Part shown: in pieces, positions 47,467 to 56,054 of the stretch
Layout of the letters: each line of letters opens with the position of its first letter
Position numbering within the stretch: the first letter of the stretch is position 1
Assembly: GCA_036405415.1 (NCBI GenBank)
Contig: DASWXP010000002.1
Coordinates: 427,678 to 491,677, forward strand
Source of the DNA: Minisyncoccota bacterium
GTDB taxonomy: Bacteria > Patescibacteriota > Minisyncoccia > Phycocordibacterales > Phycocordibacteraceae
Length of the DNA: 64,000 bases
Direction: 5' to 3'
Notes under the pieces: model-generated
What the model was told of the DNA's origin: nothing
The model's database searches: none
The model's input: only the letters and a program-made list of their open reading frames with translations
Program-made: the position numbers and the translations under genes

Positions 47467-47871
47467 ATGGAAGGCAACGCGGTGTTTCTGAATCAGAAGA
47501 CTTTTGTCTATAACCCAAGCGGTAAGTTTCTGGCATTGTTGCGGACAGAAACCGCGCCAACACGGCCGCTTAAGTGGGACCTGCCTGGCGGCGGGTATGA
47601 GGCAGGGGAGACCCCGGTAGAAGGAGCGGAACGAGAGATACGAGAGGAGACCGGGCTTGAGGTTACCGAGACAAGGCCCTTGTGTCTTGTGAGCGAGCAC
47701 GACAGCGCCACGTGTTGGATTACGGTCGCATACATAGCAAAGACCGAAAGCGAAGACGTGAAGCTTAGTGAAGAGCACTCCGAATACAGATGGGTAACCA
47801 AGGAAGAATTTCTCGGGCTCGATTCGTCTGATAAGTGGCGGAAGATCGCCGAAGAGAATCTCGTTTCATAG
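47467..47871 (+). CDS. NUDIX hydrolase
   Basis: Nudix box GGYEAGETPVEGAEREIREETGL. Confidence 0.8.
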   Translation: MEGNAVFLNQKTFVYNPSGKFLALLRTETAPTRPLKWDLPGGGYEAGETPVEGAEREIREETGLEVTETRPLCLVSEHDSATCWITVAYIAKTESEDVKLSEEHSEYRWVTKEEFLGLDSSDKWRKIAEENLVS

Positions 47872-47902
47872 CCGGCACTCTTGGGCGGTATACTTAGTCC
47901 AT

Positions 47903-48241
47903 ATGAAATTCTTTGTCACATACCAGATGCCCCATACCGGGCTTGATGAGTGGATGAAGCTTCCTGAAGAGGAACGCAAGGCGCAGGAAGAGCAGATGCA
48001 GTCAGAGTGGAATGCTTGGATGGCTTCACACAAGGATATGATCCTTGAAAGCGCCGGAGTAGGGAAGCCGAAGCGGGTAACGAAGGATTCTGTCGAAGAT
48101 GGTCGTAACGACATCATGATGTACTCCTTCGTCGAGGCAGAGTCCCTTGAGGCGGCTGCAGCCATGTTCAAGGACCACCCGCACTTCGGCATCCCGGGAG
48201 CATGGATAGAGGTTATGTCAGTGAACAAGGACATCAGCTAA
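47903..48241 (+). CDS. hypothetical small protein
   Basis: 112-aa ORF with a terminator downstream; no recognisable motif. Confidence 0.4.
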   Translation: MKFFVTYQMPHTGLDEWMKLPEEERKAQEEQMQSEWNAWMASHKDMILESAGVGKPKRVTKDSVEDGRNDIMMYSFVEAESLEAAAAMFKDHPHFGIPGAWIEVMSVNKDIS

Positions 48242-48278
48242 GAGGAAAAGCAAAAGGCCCGCAGAAGCGGGCCTTTTG

Positions 48279-50474
48279 CTAGTTATCGCGATTATCTCGG
48301 TTCCTCCTGCTGTTGCGATCGGTGTCCTCTTCTTGCGGCTCTTCTACGGTCTGGTCAGTAGAGGTCGCTTGAGGCTGTCCGAATCCTGAGGACCACGCTT
48401 GGATAGGGCCTTCCCAGTACGGGAGCTGCGGATCGCTGTACGGGTTCGCGGGCGGTCCGCTCATAGGATTGTCCTTGTTCGTGAGAAGAAGAAGAGAGTG
48501 CCAGACAACCTGTCCGCGAAGCACTGGAGGCGCGTTCTCCGGGATAGCTGGCGGCTCGTTGAAGTATCCCTTCTCGAGACGGGGGAGCGCGTAATCCATG
48601 AACTGGCGCCACATCGGGGCCACGATGTATCCCGCGATCTCTTTCACCATAGGGCTGTTGTCATTGTTTCCAGCCCACATCGCGACCGCGATGTTCGGCG
48701 AGTACCCGACCGTCCACGCGTCACGGGACTCGTTGGTAGTACCGGTCTTCGCAGCCACGTCGTAATCAGAGAAGGCGAGCGGGTTAACCGGGTTGTAGGA
48801 CGGGATGCGCGCCTGATTGTCAGACATGATGTCCGCCATGGTGCGGGCAACCTCAGGAGAGATCGCCTGCTCAGGCCGCTCCTCGAACTTCTTCATTACC
48901 TTGCCCTTCATGTCGCGGATCTCGAGGATGCCGGTGGGCGGATTGCGCACGCCGTCGTTCGCGAACACGCCCATCGCGCTCGCCATCTCGAGCGGAGAGA
49001 CCTCGGCGGCGCCGAGCGCGAACGAGAGGCCATACTCCTTCGCTTCGCCGAGGGTGGTGATACCCATGCGGCGCGAGAGGTCGATCACGCTGTCGATGCC
49101 TGCGAGGTAGAGCGCCTTAACCGCAGGGATATTGATGGACTGCGCGAGCGCGGTCCTGAACGTCATCGGTCCGCGGAACTGGAGGTCGTAGTTCTGCGGG
49201 GCGTAACAAGGCGCGGTCGAGTTCGATACGTCGCCCACGCCGCAGGCGGTAGAGAACTGGGTCGGAACATCGAAGATAACCGTCTCAGAGGTGTATCCCT
49301 TCTCGATCGCGGCTGCATACACGAACGGCTTGAAGGACGAGCCTGGCTGGCGTGGCGCGACCGCCACGTTGTAGTTGCCCGGAATGACCTCGTCGAAGTA
49401 GTCGCGGCTACCCACCATCGAGAGGATCTGTCCGGTCTTCGGATCGATCGCGACCATGGCCGCATTCGAGGCGTTGAAGCGCGCGGTGTTCGCGAGCGCG
49501 CCCTCCTTGAGTATGGTCTGCGCGGCGTTCTGGAGCTCTACATCCAGGGTCGTGATGACGGTAAGGCCCTGAGTTACCACGTCAGGTCCGTACATCTCTT
49601 CGAGCTGCTCCTCGATATAGAACACGAAGTGCGGTGCAATGATCGAGTTGTTCTGCTGGCGGCTGAACACCACAGTCTCCTTCTGGGCCTCCGTCATCTC
49701 ATCCTCGGTTATGTAGCCGAGATACTCCATGCGCTCGAGCACATAGTCCTTACGCTCGTCCAGGCGCGCGCGGTTGTTGCCATAGGGAGAGAAGTACGTC
49801 GGGCGCTGGGGGATAGAGGCGAGATACGCCGCTTCGGCGAGCGTGAGATCGTTAGCGCTCTTCCCGAAGAACGCGCGCGACGCGACTTCGGCGCCGTAAA
49901 GCGTGCCGCCGTACGGGGTTACGTTGAAGTAGAACTCGAGAATCTGGTCCTTGGTGTGTTTCTGCTCGAGCTTCCAAGCGAGTACCCACTCCTGAATCTT
50001 GCGGACCGGACTCTTCTCACCCGAAAGGATGGTGTTCTTCACGACCTGCTGGGTGATGGTAGAGCCGCCTTGCGCGAACGAGAGCGTCGTTATGTCCACC
50101 CAGATAGCGCGGGCGATGGCGGTGAATGAGACGCCGCTGTGGTTATAGAACTCGGAGTCCTCGATGGCGATAGCGGCCTTCTGGAGGTTCGGTGATATCT
50201 CCGAAAGCGGCACGACATTGCGGCGGACGTCATGGTTGAGGTCGTACAGTACCGTCTTGCCCTCACGATCGTAGATCTTCGTGGACTGCGCTACCTTGCG
50301 CGAATCGAAGGAGTTGAGGTCCGGAATCGGAGTGAAAGCGGCCCAAAGGATGCCGGCACCGGCAAGGAGCATGAGCGCGCCCACGCCAAGGAAGACGACC
50401 TTGAGCACGGGGTGAGGGTTCTCAAGATGCTTGCGGACGTCGAGCTTCTTCATTTTCTTAGTCATATTGGGCAC
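48279..50474 (-). CDS. class A penicillin-binding protein (glycosyltransferase plus transpeptidase)
   Basis: GT51 motifs (EDSEFYNHSGV, GGSTITQQ), a transpeptidase SxxK/SxN/KTG region, and an N-terminal TM anchor. Confidence 0.9.
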   Translation of the reverse strand: MPNMTKKMKKLDVRKHLENPHPVLKVVFLGVGALMLLAGAGILWAAFTPIPDLNSFDSRKVAQSTKIYDREGKTVLYDLNHDVRRNVVPLSEISPNLQKAAIAIEDSEFYNHSGVSFTAIARAIWVDITTLSFAQGGSTITQQVVKNTILSGEKSPVRKIQEWVLAWKLEQKHTKDQILEFYFNVTPYGGTLYGAEVASRAFFGKSANDLTLAEAAYLASIPQRPTYFSPYGNNRARLDERKDYVLERMEYLGYITEDEMTEAQKETVVFSRQQNNSIIAPHFVFYIEEQLEEMYGPDVVTQGLTVITTLDVELQNAAQTILKEGALANTARFNASNAAMVAIDPKTGQILSMVGSRDYFDEVIPGNYNVAVAPRQPGSSFKPFVYAAAIEKGYTSETVIFDVPTQFSTACGVGDVSNSTAPCYAPQNYDLQFRGPMTFRTALAQSINIPAVKALYLAGIDSVIDLSRRMGITTLGEAKEYGLSFALGAAEVSPLEMASAMGVFANDGVRNPPTGILEIRDMKGKVMKKFEERPEQAISPEVARTMADIMSDNQARIPSYNPVNPLAFSDYDVAAKTGTTNESRDAWTVGYSPNIAVAMWAGNNDNSPMVKEIAGYIVAPMWRQFMDYALPRLEKGYFNEPPAIPENAPPVLRGQVVWHSLLLLTNKDNPMSGPPANPYSDPQLPYWEGPIQAWSSGFGQPQATSTDQTVEEPQEEDTDRNSRRNRDNRDN

Positions 50475-50513
50475 ATGCTATCACGGCAAACGGCTCCCGA
50501 AGGAGCCGTTTCG

Positions 50514-50711
50514 CTAGAAGGTTTCTTCCTCAGAGTCTTCTTCGGACTCTTCGTCCGTGTCGAAGGCATCGTCCTCGTCGAGCTCGTCATCCTCCAGGTC
50601 GTCCTCGTCGAAGGCGGTGGTGCCGAGCTCGTCATCCTTGATCTCATCATCCATATCCATGATGGTATGCAAATTACGATTTAGTAGGCTCTCGCGAAGA
50701 TGCGCGAGCAT
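50514..50711 (-). CDS. small highly acidic hypothetical protein
   Basis: 65-aa D/E-rich ORF between a terminator and ruvC. Coding status is uncertain. Confidence 0.3.
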   Translation of the reverse strand: MLAHLRESLLNRNLHTIMDMDDEIKDDELGTTAFDEDDLEDDELDEDDAFDTDEESEEDSEEETF

Positions 50712-50746
50712 CTCCTATTGTGAGAGACGCAGAAATCTTTGCAAGC

Positions 50747-51223
50747 TTACCGCTGGGAACGTGTGGAAAGCGCGCATATGGCTAGCGCGATCGCATCGAG
50801 CTCGTCATCGAGGCGTTTCTTCGCGGGAAGGGTAAGAAGACGGGGCACCATAGCCGCTACCGCCTTCTTGTCTGAGGCGCCGTATCCCGTAACCGCGAGC
50901 TTCACCTGCTGCGGGGAGTGTTCAGACACAGAAAGTCCGGCTTCTGCTGCAGCCGACAAGGCTGCGCCGCGCGCTTCTGCGACGCCGAGCGCGCTCCGCT
51001 TATTGTTCGTGCTCCAGAACAGACTCTCGATAGCGACCGAATCAGGCCAGTATTCCTTGATTGCTGTGACTACAGCGTCATGGATGGCGGCGAGCCGCTC
51101 CTCAGGGGCGCCTTTCGGAGGACAGATGCAATCACTCCATATATGCGTAGGGCGCGAAGGATCGCCCTCGAGCACTGCGAGGCCCATGCGATCGAATCCT
51201 GGGTCTATTGCAAGGACACGCAT
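50747..51223 (-). CDS. ruvC: Holliday junction resolvase RuvC
   Basis: VLAIDPG start motif and RNase H-like fold residues. Confidence 0.9.
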   Translation of the reverse strand: MRVLAIDPGFDRMGLAVLEGDPSRPTHIWSDCICPPKGAPEERLAAIHDAVVTAIKEYWPDSVAIESLFWSTNNKRSALGVAEARGAALSAAAEAGLSVSEHSPQQVKLAVTGYGASDKKAVAAMVPRLLTLPAKKRLDDELDAIALAICALSTRSQR

Positions 51224-51225
51224 CG

Positions 51226-51786
51226 CTAGTCGCTCTCAGAGCTCTCGTATCCGCGAGCGTTCGTGAAGACGCGCTGCACGTCGTCATGCTCATCGAACTG
51301 GTCGAAGAGCTTTCCGAGCGCCTCCTCATCCTCCTGCGAGAGATCCATCAACGGCTCGTTCGGAGCGTACGATCCGTCAGGGGAGCGGGTGAATGCCCAT
51401 GCGGCTGAGCCTTGGCCTCCGAGCTCGATGCCAGCTTTGGAAAGAAGATGCTTTATCTCCTGGGTGGTGCGGTTGGTGTTATCGGTGAGCGCGTCGACGA
51501 TAACGGCGGCAGCGCCCGGACCGTAGAACTCGTAGACGGTCTGCGAGAGGTCGCCGGAATCCTTGGAGGTTCCTTTGGTAACCGCGCGCTCGATCGAATC
51601 CTTAGGCATGTTTATCGCTTTGGCGCGTGCGATGACGGTCGCGAGCGCAGGAGAGTTCACGTCCCCGTTCGCTTTCTTCGACTCCATCGCTATCAGTTTC
51701 GAGAATCGGCCGAACGCCTTTGATTTAGCTGCGTCTGTCACACCCTTTTGGCGCTTGATCTGCGCCCACTTGCTGTGTCCTGCCAT
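51226..51786 (-). CDS. YebC/PmpR-family transcriptional regulator
   Basis: MAGHSKWAQIKRQK N-terminus. Confidence 0.9.
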   Translation of the reverse strand: MAGHSKWAQIKRQKGVTDAAKSKAFGRFSKLIAMESKKANGDVNSPALATVIARAKAINMPKDSIERAVTKGTSKDSGDLSQTVYEFYGPGAAAVIVDALTDNTNRTTQEIKHLLSKAGIELGGQGSAAWAFTRSPDGSYAPNEPLMDLSQEDEEALGKLFDQFDEHDDVQRVFTNARGYESSESD

Positions 51787-51803
51787 AGGCTTACTGTACC
51801 AAA

Positions 51804-52784
51804 TTACGGATTCAGATACTCCTTGCCTTTATTCGTAAGGATGCGTCCTCTCGGGGAGCGCTCGACGAACCCAAGTCGCAAGAGGTACGGCTCATACACG
51901 TTCTCAACCGTGTCAGGATCCTCGTGGAGCGCGCTTGCGAGCGCGCGGATGCCTGCAGGCCCGCCCTTGAACGCATCGCGAAGCGTCTCGAGGTACCGGC
52001 GATCGTCCTTCGTAAGGCCGAGCGTATCGATGCCGAACAGTTCGCACGCAAGGTCCGCTACTTCCGCTGACAACTCCTTCTCCTCGACCTGCGCGTAGTC
52101 GCGGATGCGCTTCAGAAGCGCGTTCGCCACACGCGGGGTAGCGCGGCTTCGGGTAGCGACACGCTCGATAACCTCGTCAGGAGCGGAGAGCCCGAGCACA
52201 CCAGCGGAACGGCGGATGATGCGATTAAGGTCTTCCTCTGTATAGAAGTCGAGCTGGTACACACCACCACCGAATCGGGAGCGGAGCGGAGAAGAGAGCT
52301 GCGCGACGCGCGTGGTAGCGCCCACGAGCGTGAACGGCGGAAGCGCAAGCTCAACCGTGCGCGCGGACGGCCCCTTCCCGAGCACGATATCGAGCGACCC
52401 GGACTCAAGCGCAGGATAGAGGAGCTCTTCCACCTTCGAAGAGAGCTGATGGATCTCGTCTATGAAGAGGACCGTGCCTGGTTCGAGGTTCGTGAGGATG
52501 GAGGCGAGGTCCGCAGCGCGCTCGATAGCGACACCGGAAGTTGACTTGAGAGGCGCGTCGAGTGAGGCGGCCACAAGGTGAGCCAAGGTGGTCTTTCCGA
52601 CACCCGGAGGGCCATAGAACAGGATATGCTCCGGCATGTCTCCGCGTTTCTTCGCGGCCTCAAGCACCACAGAAACGTTGGCTTTAACGTGCCCTTGGCC
52701 CACATAATCCTCCCAGGACGCAGGGCGGAGCGCTGAGTCGAGGGCCTGGTCGCGAAGCTTCGGGGTATCGGAGGGGCTTGACAT
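51804..52784 (-). CDS. ruvB: Holliday junction branch-migration helicase RuvB
   Basis: Walker A GPPGVGKTTLA, Walker B LFIDEIH and a RuvB C-terminal winged helix. Confidence 0.95.
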   Translation of the reverse strand: MSSPSDTPKLRDQALDSALRPASWEDYVGQGHVKANVSVVLEAAKKRGDMPEHILFYGPPGVGKTTLAHLVAASLDAPLKSTSGVAIERAADLASILTNLEPGTVLFIDEIHQLSSKVEELLYPALESGSLDIVLGKGPSARTVELALPPFTLVGATTRVAQLSSPLRSRFGGGVYQLDFYTEEDLNRIIRRSAGVLGLSAPDEVIERVATRSRATPRVANALLKRIRDYAQVEEKELSAEVADLACELFGIDTLGLTKDDRRYLETLRDAFKGGPAGIRALASALHEDPDTVENVYEPYLLRLGFVERSPRGRILTNKGKEYLNP

Positions 52785-53080
52785 AAAATTGCACTATGCT
52801 AGTATTCTATCACACCGGCTCTTTACCAGGGCCGATTCTCTTTTCAGATCGCACATAGCACCCTCTAGGCAAGGCTTGACGGCTTCAGGGCGTTTCCCCA
52901 AGGACCATCTGGTACCGCGCTTGTTCGCGGAGCGCTGGGTTCATCCTCAGGCGACTCGTTCACCTTCCTTAATTGGAAGGAGTGCCTGGAGGGTACTGTG
53001 TAGGATCTCGAGTGAATACGCAGTGAGAAACGCACGCCAAGGCGTGCGTTTTGCGTTATGGGCGCGGTACTATGAGCGCA

Positions 53081-53250
53081 TGACCGCGGACGAGGTGAGG
53101 AACGCGTATGACGAAGCGAGCGCTCTCGTTGTTGCCGAGCACGCTGCGCGCATGGATGCGCTCCTTGAGCGGGCCCGAATGAGGGTGCAGGGTACGAAAG
53201 ACCAGGCGCGCATCGATGAGGTGCGGGAACGTCTCGCCAAGGGCCTATGA
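53081..53250 (+). CDS. small hypothetical ORF (56 aa), start overlapping next gene by ATGA
   Basis: ORF only; weak RBS. Confidence 0.2.
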
Positions 53251-53882
53251 GTTCGCTCGAACGAACGCCCGAAACGGCAGAGCTACGGCCATCTGAGGAG
53301 GCTCTTCCCAGTGAGAGTTTCGAATCTTTCGAGCAGGCGGCAGGCGCCGCCGAGCTCGCGCTCGTCGCGAAAGGGCTCTCGACCGAGAACGAGCTCATGA
53401 AGCTCGCGACAAAGCAGGATAATGGAGACACATTCGCCGCGCTCATGCAGGAGATCCGCGAAGCGCGCGAGGAGAGTCGCCGGTTCCGCGAGGATCTCGC
53501 GCGGCTGCGCTCCGGTACGGCGCTCGGACTCGCGCTTCAGGCGCAGGAAGGGAGAGCGATCGCTCCATCGCCCATATCAGCCGAAGCGCTTTCAGAGCAC
53601 CCTGAGCGCGCACGGACGCTCCTCGAATCGGTCGAAGCTTCAGCGCGAGAGCGTGAGGATCATATACCAGAGGCCGCGCCCCGGCTGCGCACGCTCCGGG
53701 AGGAGACGAGCGAAGCACTGATGCGGATCCAAGAATCAGGAGACAGCAGATACGGGACGCTCTCTATGAAAGTGGCGGAAATCGCAGCGCGGGCGCTTGC
53801 GAACGCAGCGGGCCTCGGCCTCGGCGTCGCCGGGTACGACATCCTGAAGGAGGTGACAAAAGCGTACCGCGCGAAAGCTTAG
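53247..53882 (+). CDS. coiled-coil hypothetical protein
   Basis: Ala/Glu/Arg-rich and helical. Its stop overlaps convergently with the PilB-like gene stop. Confidence 0.45.
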   Translation: MSSLERTPETAELRPSEEALPSESFESFEQAAGAAELALVAKGLSTENELMKLATKQDNGDTFAALMQEIREAREESRRFREDLARLRSGTALGLALQAQEGRAIAPSPISAEALSEHPERARTLLESVEASAREREDHIPEAAPRLRTLREETSEALMRIQESGDSRYGTLSMKVAEIAARALANAAGLGLGVAGYDILKEVTKAYRAKA

Positions 53883-55561
53883 TCTCGCGGGAGGTCGACA
53901 ACCCTGAACACCTCCTCGAGCGAGGTCTCTCCGGAAAGCGCTTTCAGTACGCCGTCCTGAGCCATGGTCAAAAATCCCTGGCGGCGGACTGACTTCGCGA
54001 TATCGCCCTCGCTCGGATTCTCGCGCAGATACGTGCCGAGTTCGTCGTCCATGAATATCGCCTCGTGCACGCCGGTGCGTCCCTTGTAGCCGGTACTGTC
54101 CGGGGATTTCGGATCTGGTACCCAGACCATATCGATTGAAGCGGGGAGCAGGCTCTTGTCCTCGACGGTTGCGAGCACCTTTTCCATAAGCGCCTTCTGC
54201 TCCGGGGTTGCAGGGACCTGCTTGCGCTCTTCGGGGTTGAGAGTGCGGACAAGACGCTGCGCCATGGCGACTGACACGGCGCTCGCGAACGTCTTCGGGT
54301 CGACGCCGAGATCTACGAGGCGCGGGAACGTACCTGCAGCGTTGTTGGTGTGGAGCGTAGAGAATACGAAATGTCCGGTGAGCGCGGCCTGGACCGCGGT
54401 CTCCGCAACCTCGCCGTCGCGCACCTCGCCAACCATGATCACGTCAGGGTCCTGGCGAAGCACGGAGCGGAGTCCCGACGCGAAAGTGTAGTTCTTGCCG
54501 TCGGTCTGGGTCTGCACGATGCCCGGGAGGTGATACTCGATCGGATCCTCAATCGTGACGATCTTGATTTCTGGCGTATGGATATGGCGCAGGAACGCGT
54601 ACAACGTCGTCGTCTTACCGGATCCGGTAGGTCCCGTAACGAGGAGCATGCCGGTAGGGCGGGTGATCTCCCTCTTGAGGCGCTCAAGGAGGTTCGGTCG
54701 GATGCCAAGCTTCTCGAACGAGACGCCGAGGATAGATGGGTCCAAGATACGCATCACGAACGATTCGCCGTACGCGCCCGGGATGAGCGAGGTGCGGATT
54801 TCCACTTCTGTATCGCCGACCGGAACCGTGAAGCGTCCGTCCTGCGCGCGGTCGCGGATATTGAGCTTCAGTCCCGAAAGGAGCTTTATGCGCGACGAAA
54901 GGAGCTGATAGGTGTGCGTGTCGAATGTGTATCCGTCCGTAAGCGCGCCATCAAGACGAAGGCGAAGGCGGATGCCTTCCTCCTCAGGCTCTATATGGAT
55001 GTCGGACGCCTTGAGGGAGAAGGCAGTGGCGAGTACGAACTCAAGCACGCGAGACACCTGTGCGCGTGCGCCCGTAACCAGCACCTCGTCGAGTCGAGCG
55101 CGAAGGAGCGCGAGGCTGGTGAGCTCCTCGCGGTCTTTTGCGAGCTCGTCGCCGCGGATATCAAGTACGCCCGCCTTGGTCTCGGTTGCAAGCGAGAGCT
55201 CCGCATAGCGAGAGTACGCGCGCTCAAGCGACTTCTTCGAGACGAGGAACCGGGTGAGGATGAACCCCTGCGACTCGAGCGCATGCTCGATATCCCTCAA
55301 TAAGGAAGTGTTCGGATTGCGGAACGCGATCGAGAGATGCTTCCCGGTCTTCTCGAACGCGACCACTTCCGCTTCCCGAGCCTCTTTCTCCGGAATGAGC
55401 CGGAGCGCATCCACGTTTATCGGCACGACCGTGAGGTCGGTGTAGTTAAGGCCGTACTTCTGAGAGAGGAGTTGGGCGAGATCCTCCTCTTCCTGCTCGT
55501 GCAGGGAGAGAAGCTTCGCGTTCTCGGCGTCAGTATCGAAATGTGCAGGCATTACGCCCAT
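53879..55561 (-). CDS. second GspE/PilB-family secretion ATPase (paralog of pilB)
   Basis: Walker A GPTGSGKTTT, Asp box, Walker B DVIMVGEVRD and His box FVFSTLHTNNAAG. No flanking pilC or pilin genes. Confidence 0.85.
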   Translation of the reverse strand: MGVMPAHFDTDAENAKLLSLHEQEEEDLAQLLSQKYGLNYTDLTVVPINVDALRLIPEKEAREAEVVAFEKTGKHLSIAFRNPNTSLLRDIEHALESQGFILTRFLVSKKSLERAYSRYAELSLATETKAGVLDIRGDELAKDREELTSLALLRARLDEVLVTGARAQVSRVLEFVLATAFSLKASDIHIEPEEEGIRLRLRLDGALTDGYTFDTHTYQLLSSRIKLLSGLKLNIRDRAQDGRFTVPVGDTEVEIRTSLIPGAYGESFVMRILDPSILGVSFEKLGIRPNLLERLKREITRPTGMLLVTGPTGSGKTTTLYAFLRHIHTPEIKIVTIEDPIEYHLPGIVQTQTDGKNYTFASGLRSVLRQDPDVIMVGEVRDGEVAETAVQAALTGHFVFSTLHTNNAAGTFPRLVDLGVDPKTFASAVSVAMAQRLVRTLNPEERKQVPATPEQKALMEKVLATVEDKSLLPASIDMVWVPDPKSPDSTGYKGRTGVHEAIFMDDELGTYLRENPSEGDIAKSVRRQGFLTMAQDGVLKALSGETSLEEVFRVVDLPRD

Positions 55562-55610
55562 GATACCGCCTCGGCGCGCGCGTTCCTAAGCCGCTTGGTA
55601 CAATTTCCCC

Positions 55611-56054
55611 ATGAGACCTGCGGTAACCGTGACTGACCTCGAAGCGCTGGCTGCGGAAGCGACCGCGTTCATCGCGGCGCTTCTTCCGAAAGAGACAGGA
55701 GCGACGCTCGTGACCTTGTCAGGAGACCTTGGTGCGGGGAAGACCTCGTTCACGCAGGCGGTAGCAAAAGCGCTCGGCGTCGAGGATCACGTGACGAGCC
55801 CCACGTTCGTGCTCGCGAAATCATACGCGCTCCCGGAAGGGCTCGCGTTTAAGGAGCTCCTCCATATCGACGCCTATCGTCTCGAGGAAGGGAAGGATCT
55901 TGTACCGCTCGGATTCTTTGAGTCGATGGAAGACACCGGTACGCTCGTGTTTCTCGAGTGGCCGGAGATCGTCGCGGACAAGCTACCAAAGCCGGACGCT
56001 GCGATAACGATTGTGGCGAACGAGGACGGCTCCCGCACCATCACGTATGCGTAA
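55611..56054 (+). CDS. tsaE: tRNA threonylcarbamoyladenosine biosynthesis protein TsaE
   Basis: P-loop GDLGAGKTSF plus an SPTF motif. Confidence 0.8.
   Translation: MRPAVTVTDLEALAAEATAFIAALLPKETGATLVTLSGDLGAGKTSFTQAVAKALGVEDHVTSPTFVLAKSYALPEGLAFKELLHIDAYRLEEGKDLVPLGFFESMEDTGTLVFLEWPEIVADKLPKPDAAITIVANEDGSRTITYA

Noticed and set aside
52789-53250. 153-aa plus-strand ORF covering the ruvB upstream region
   Set aside because: The first 97 codons cross a non-coding-looking region with a strong hairpin. Only the last 56 codons (from the ATG at 53081) might be real, and those are called with low confidence.
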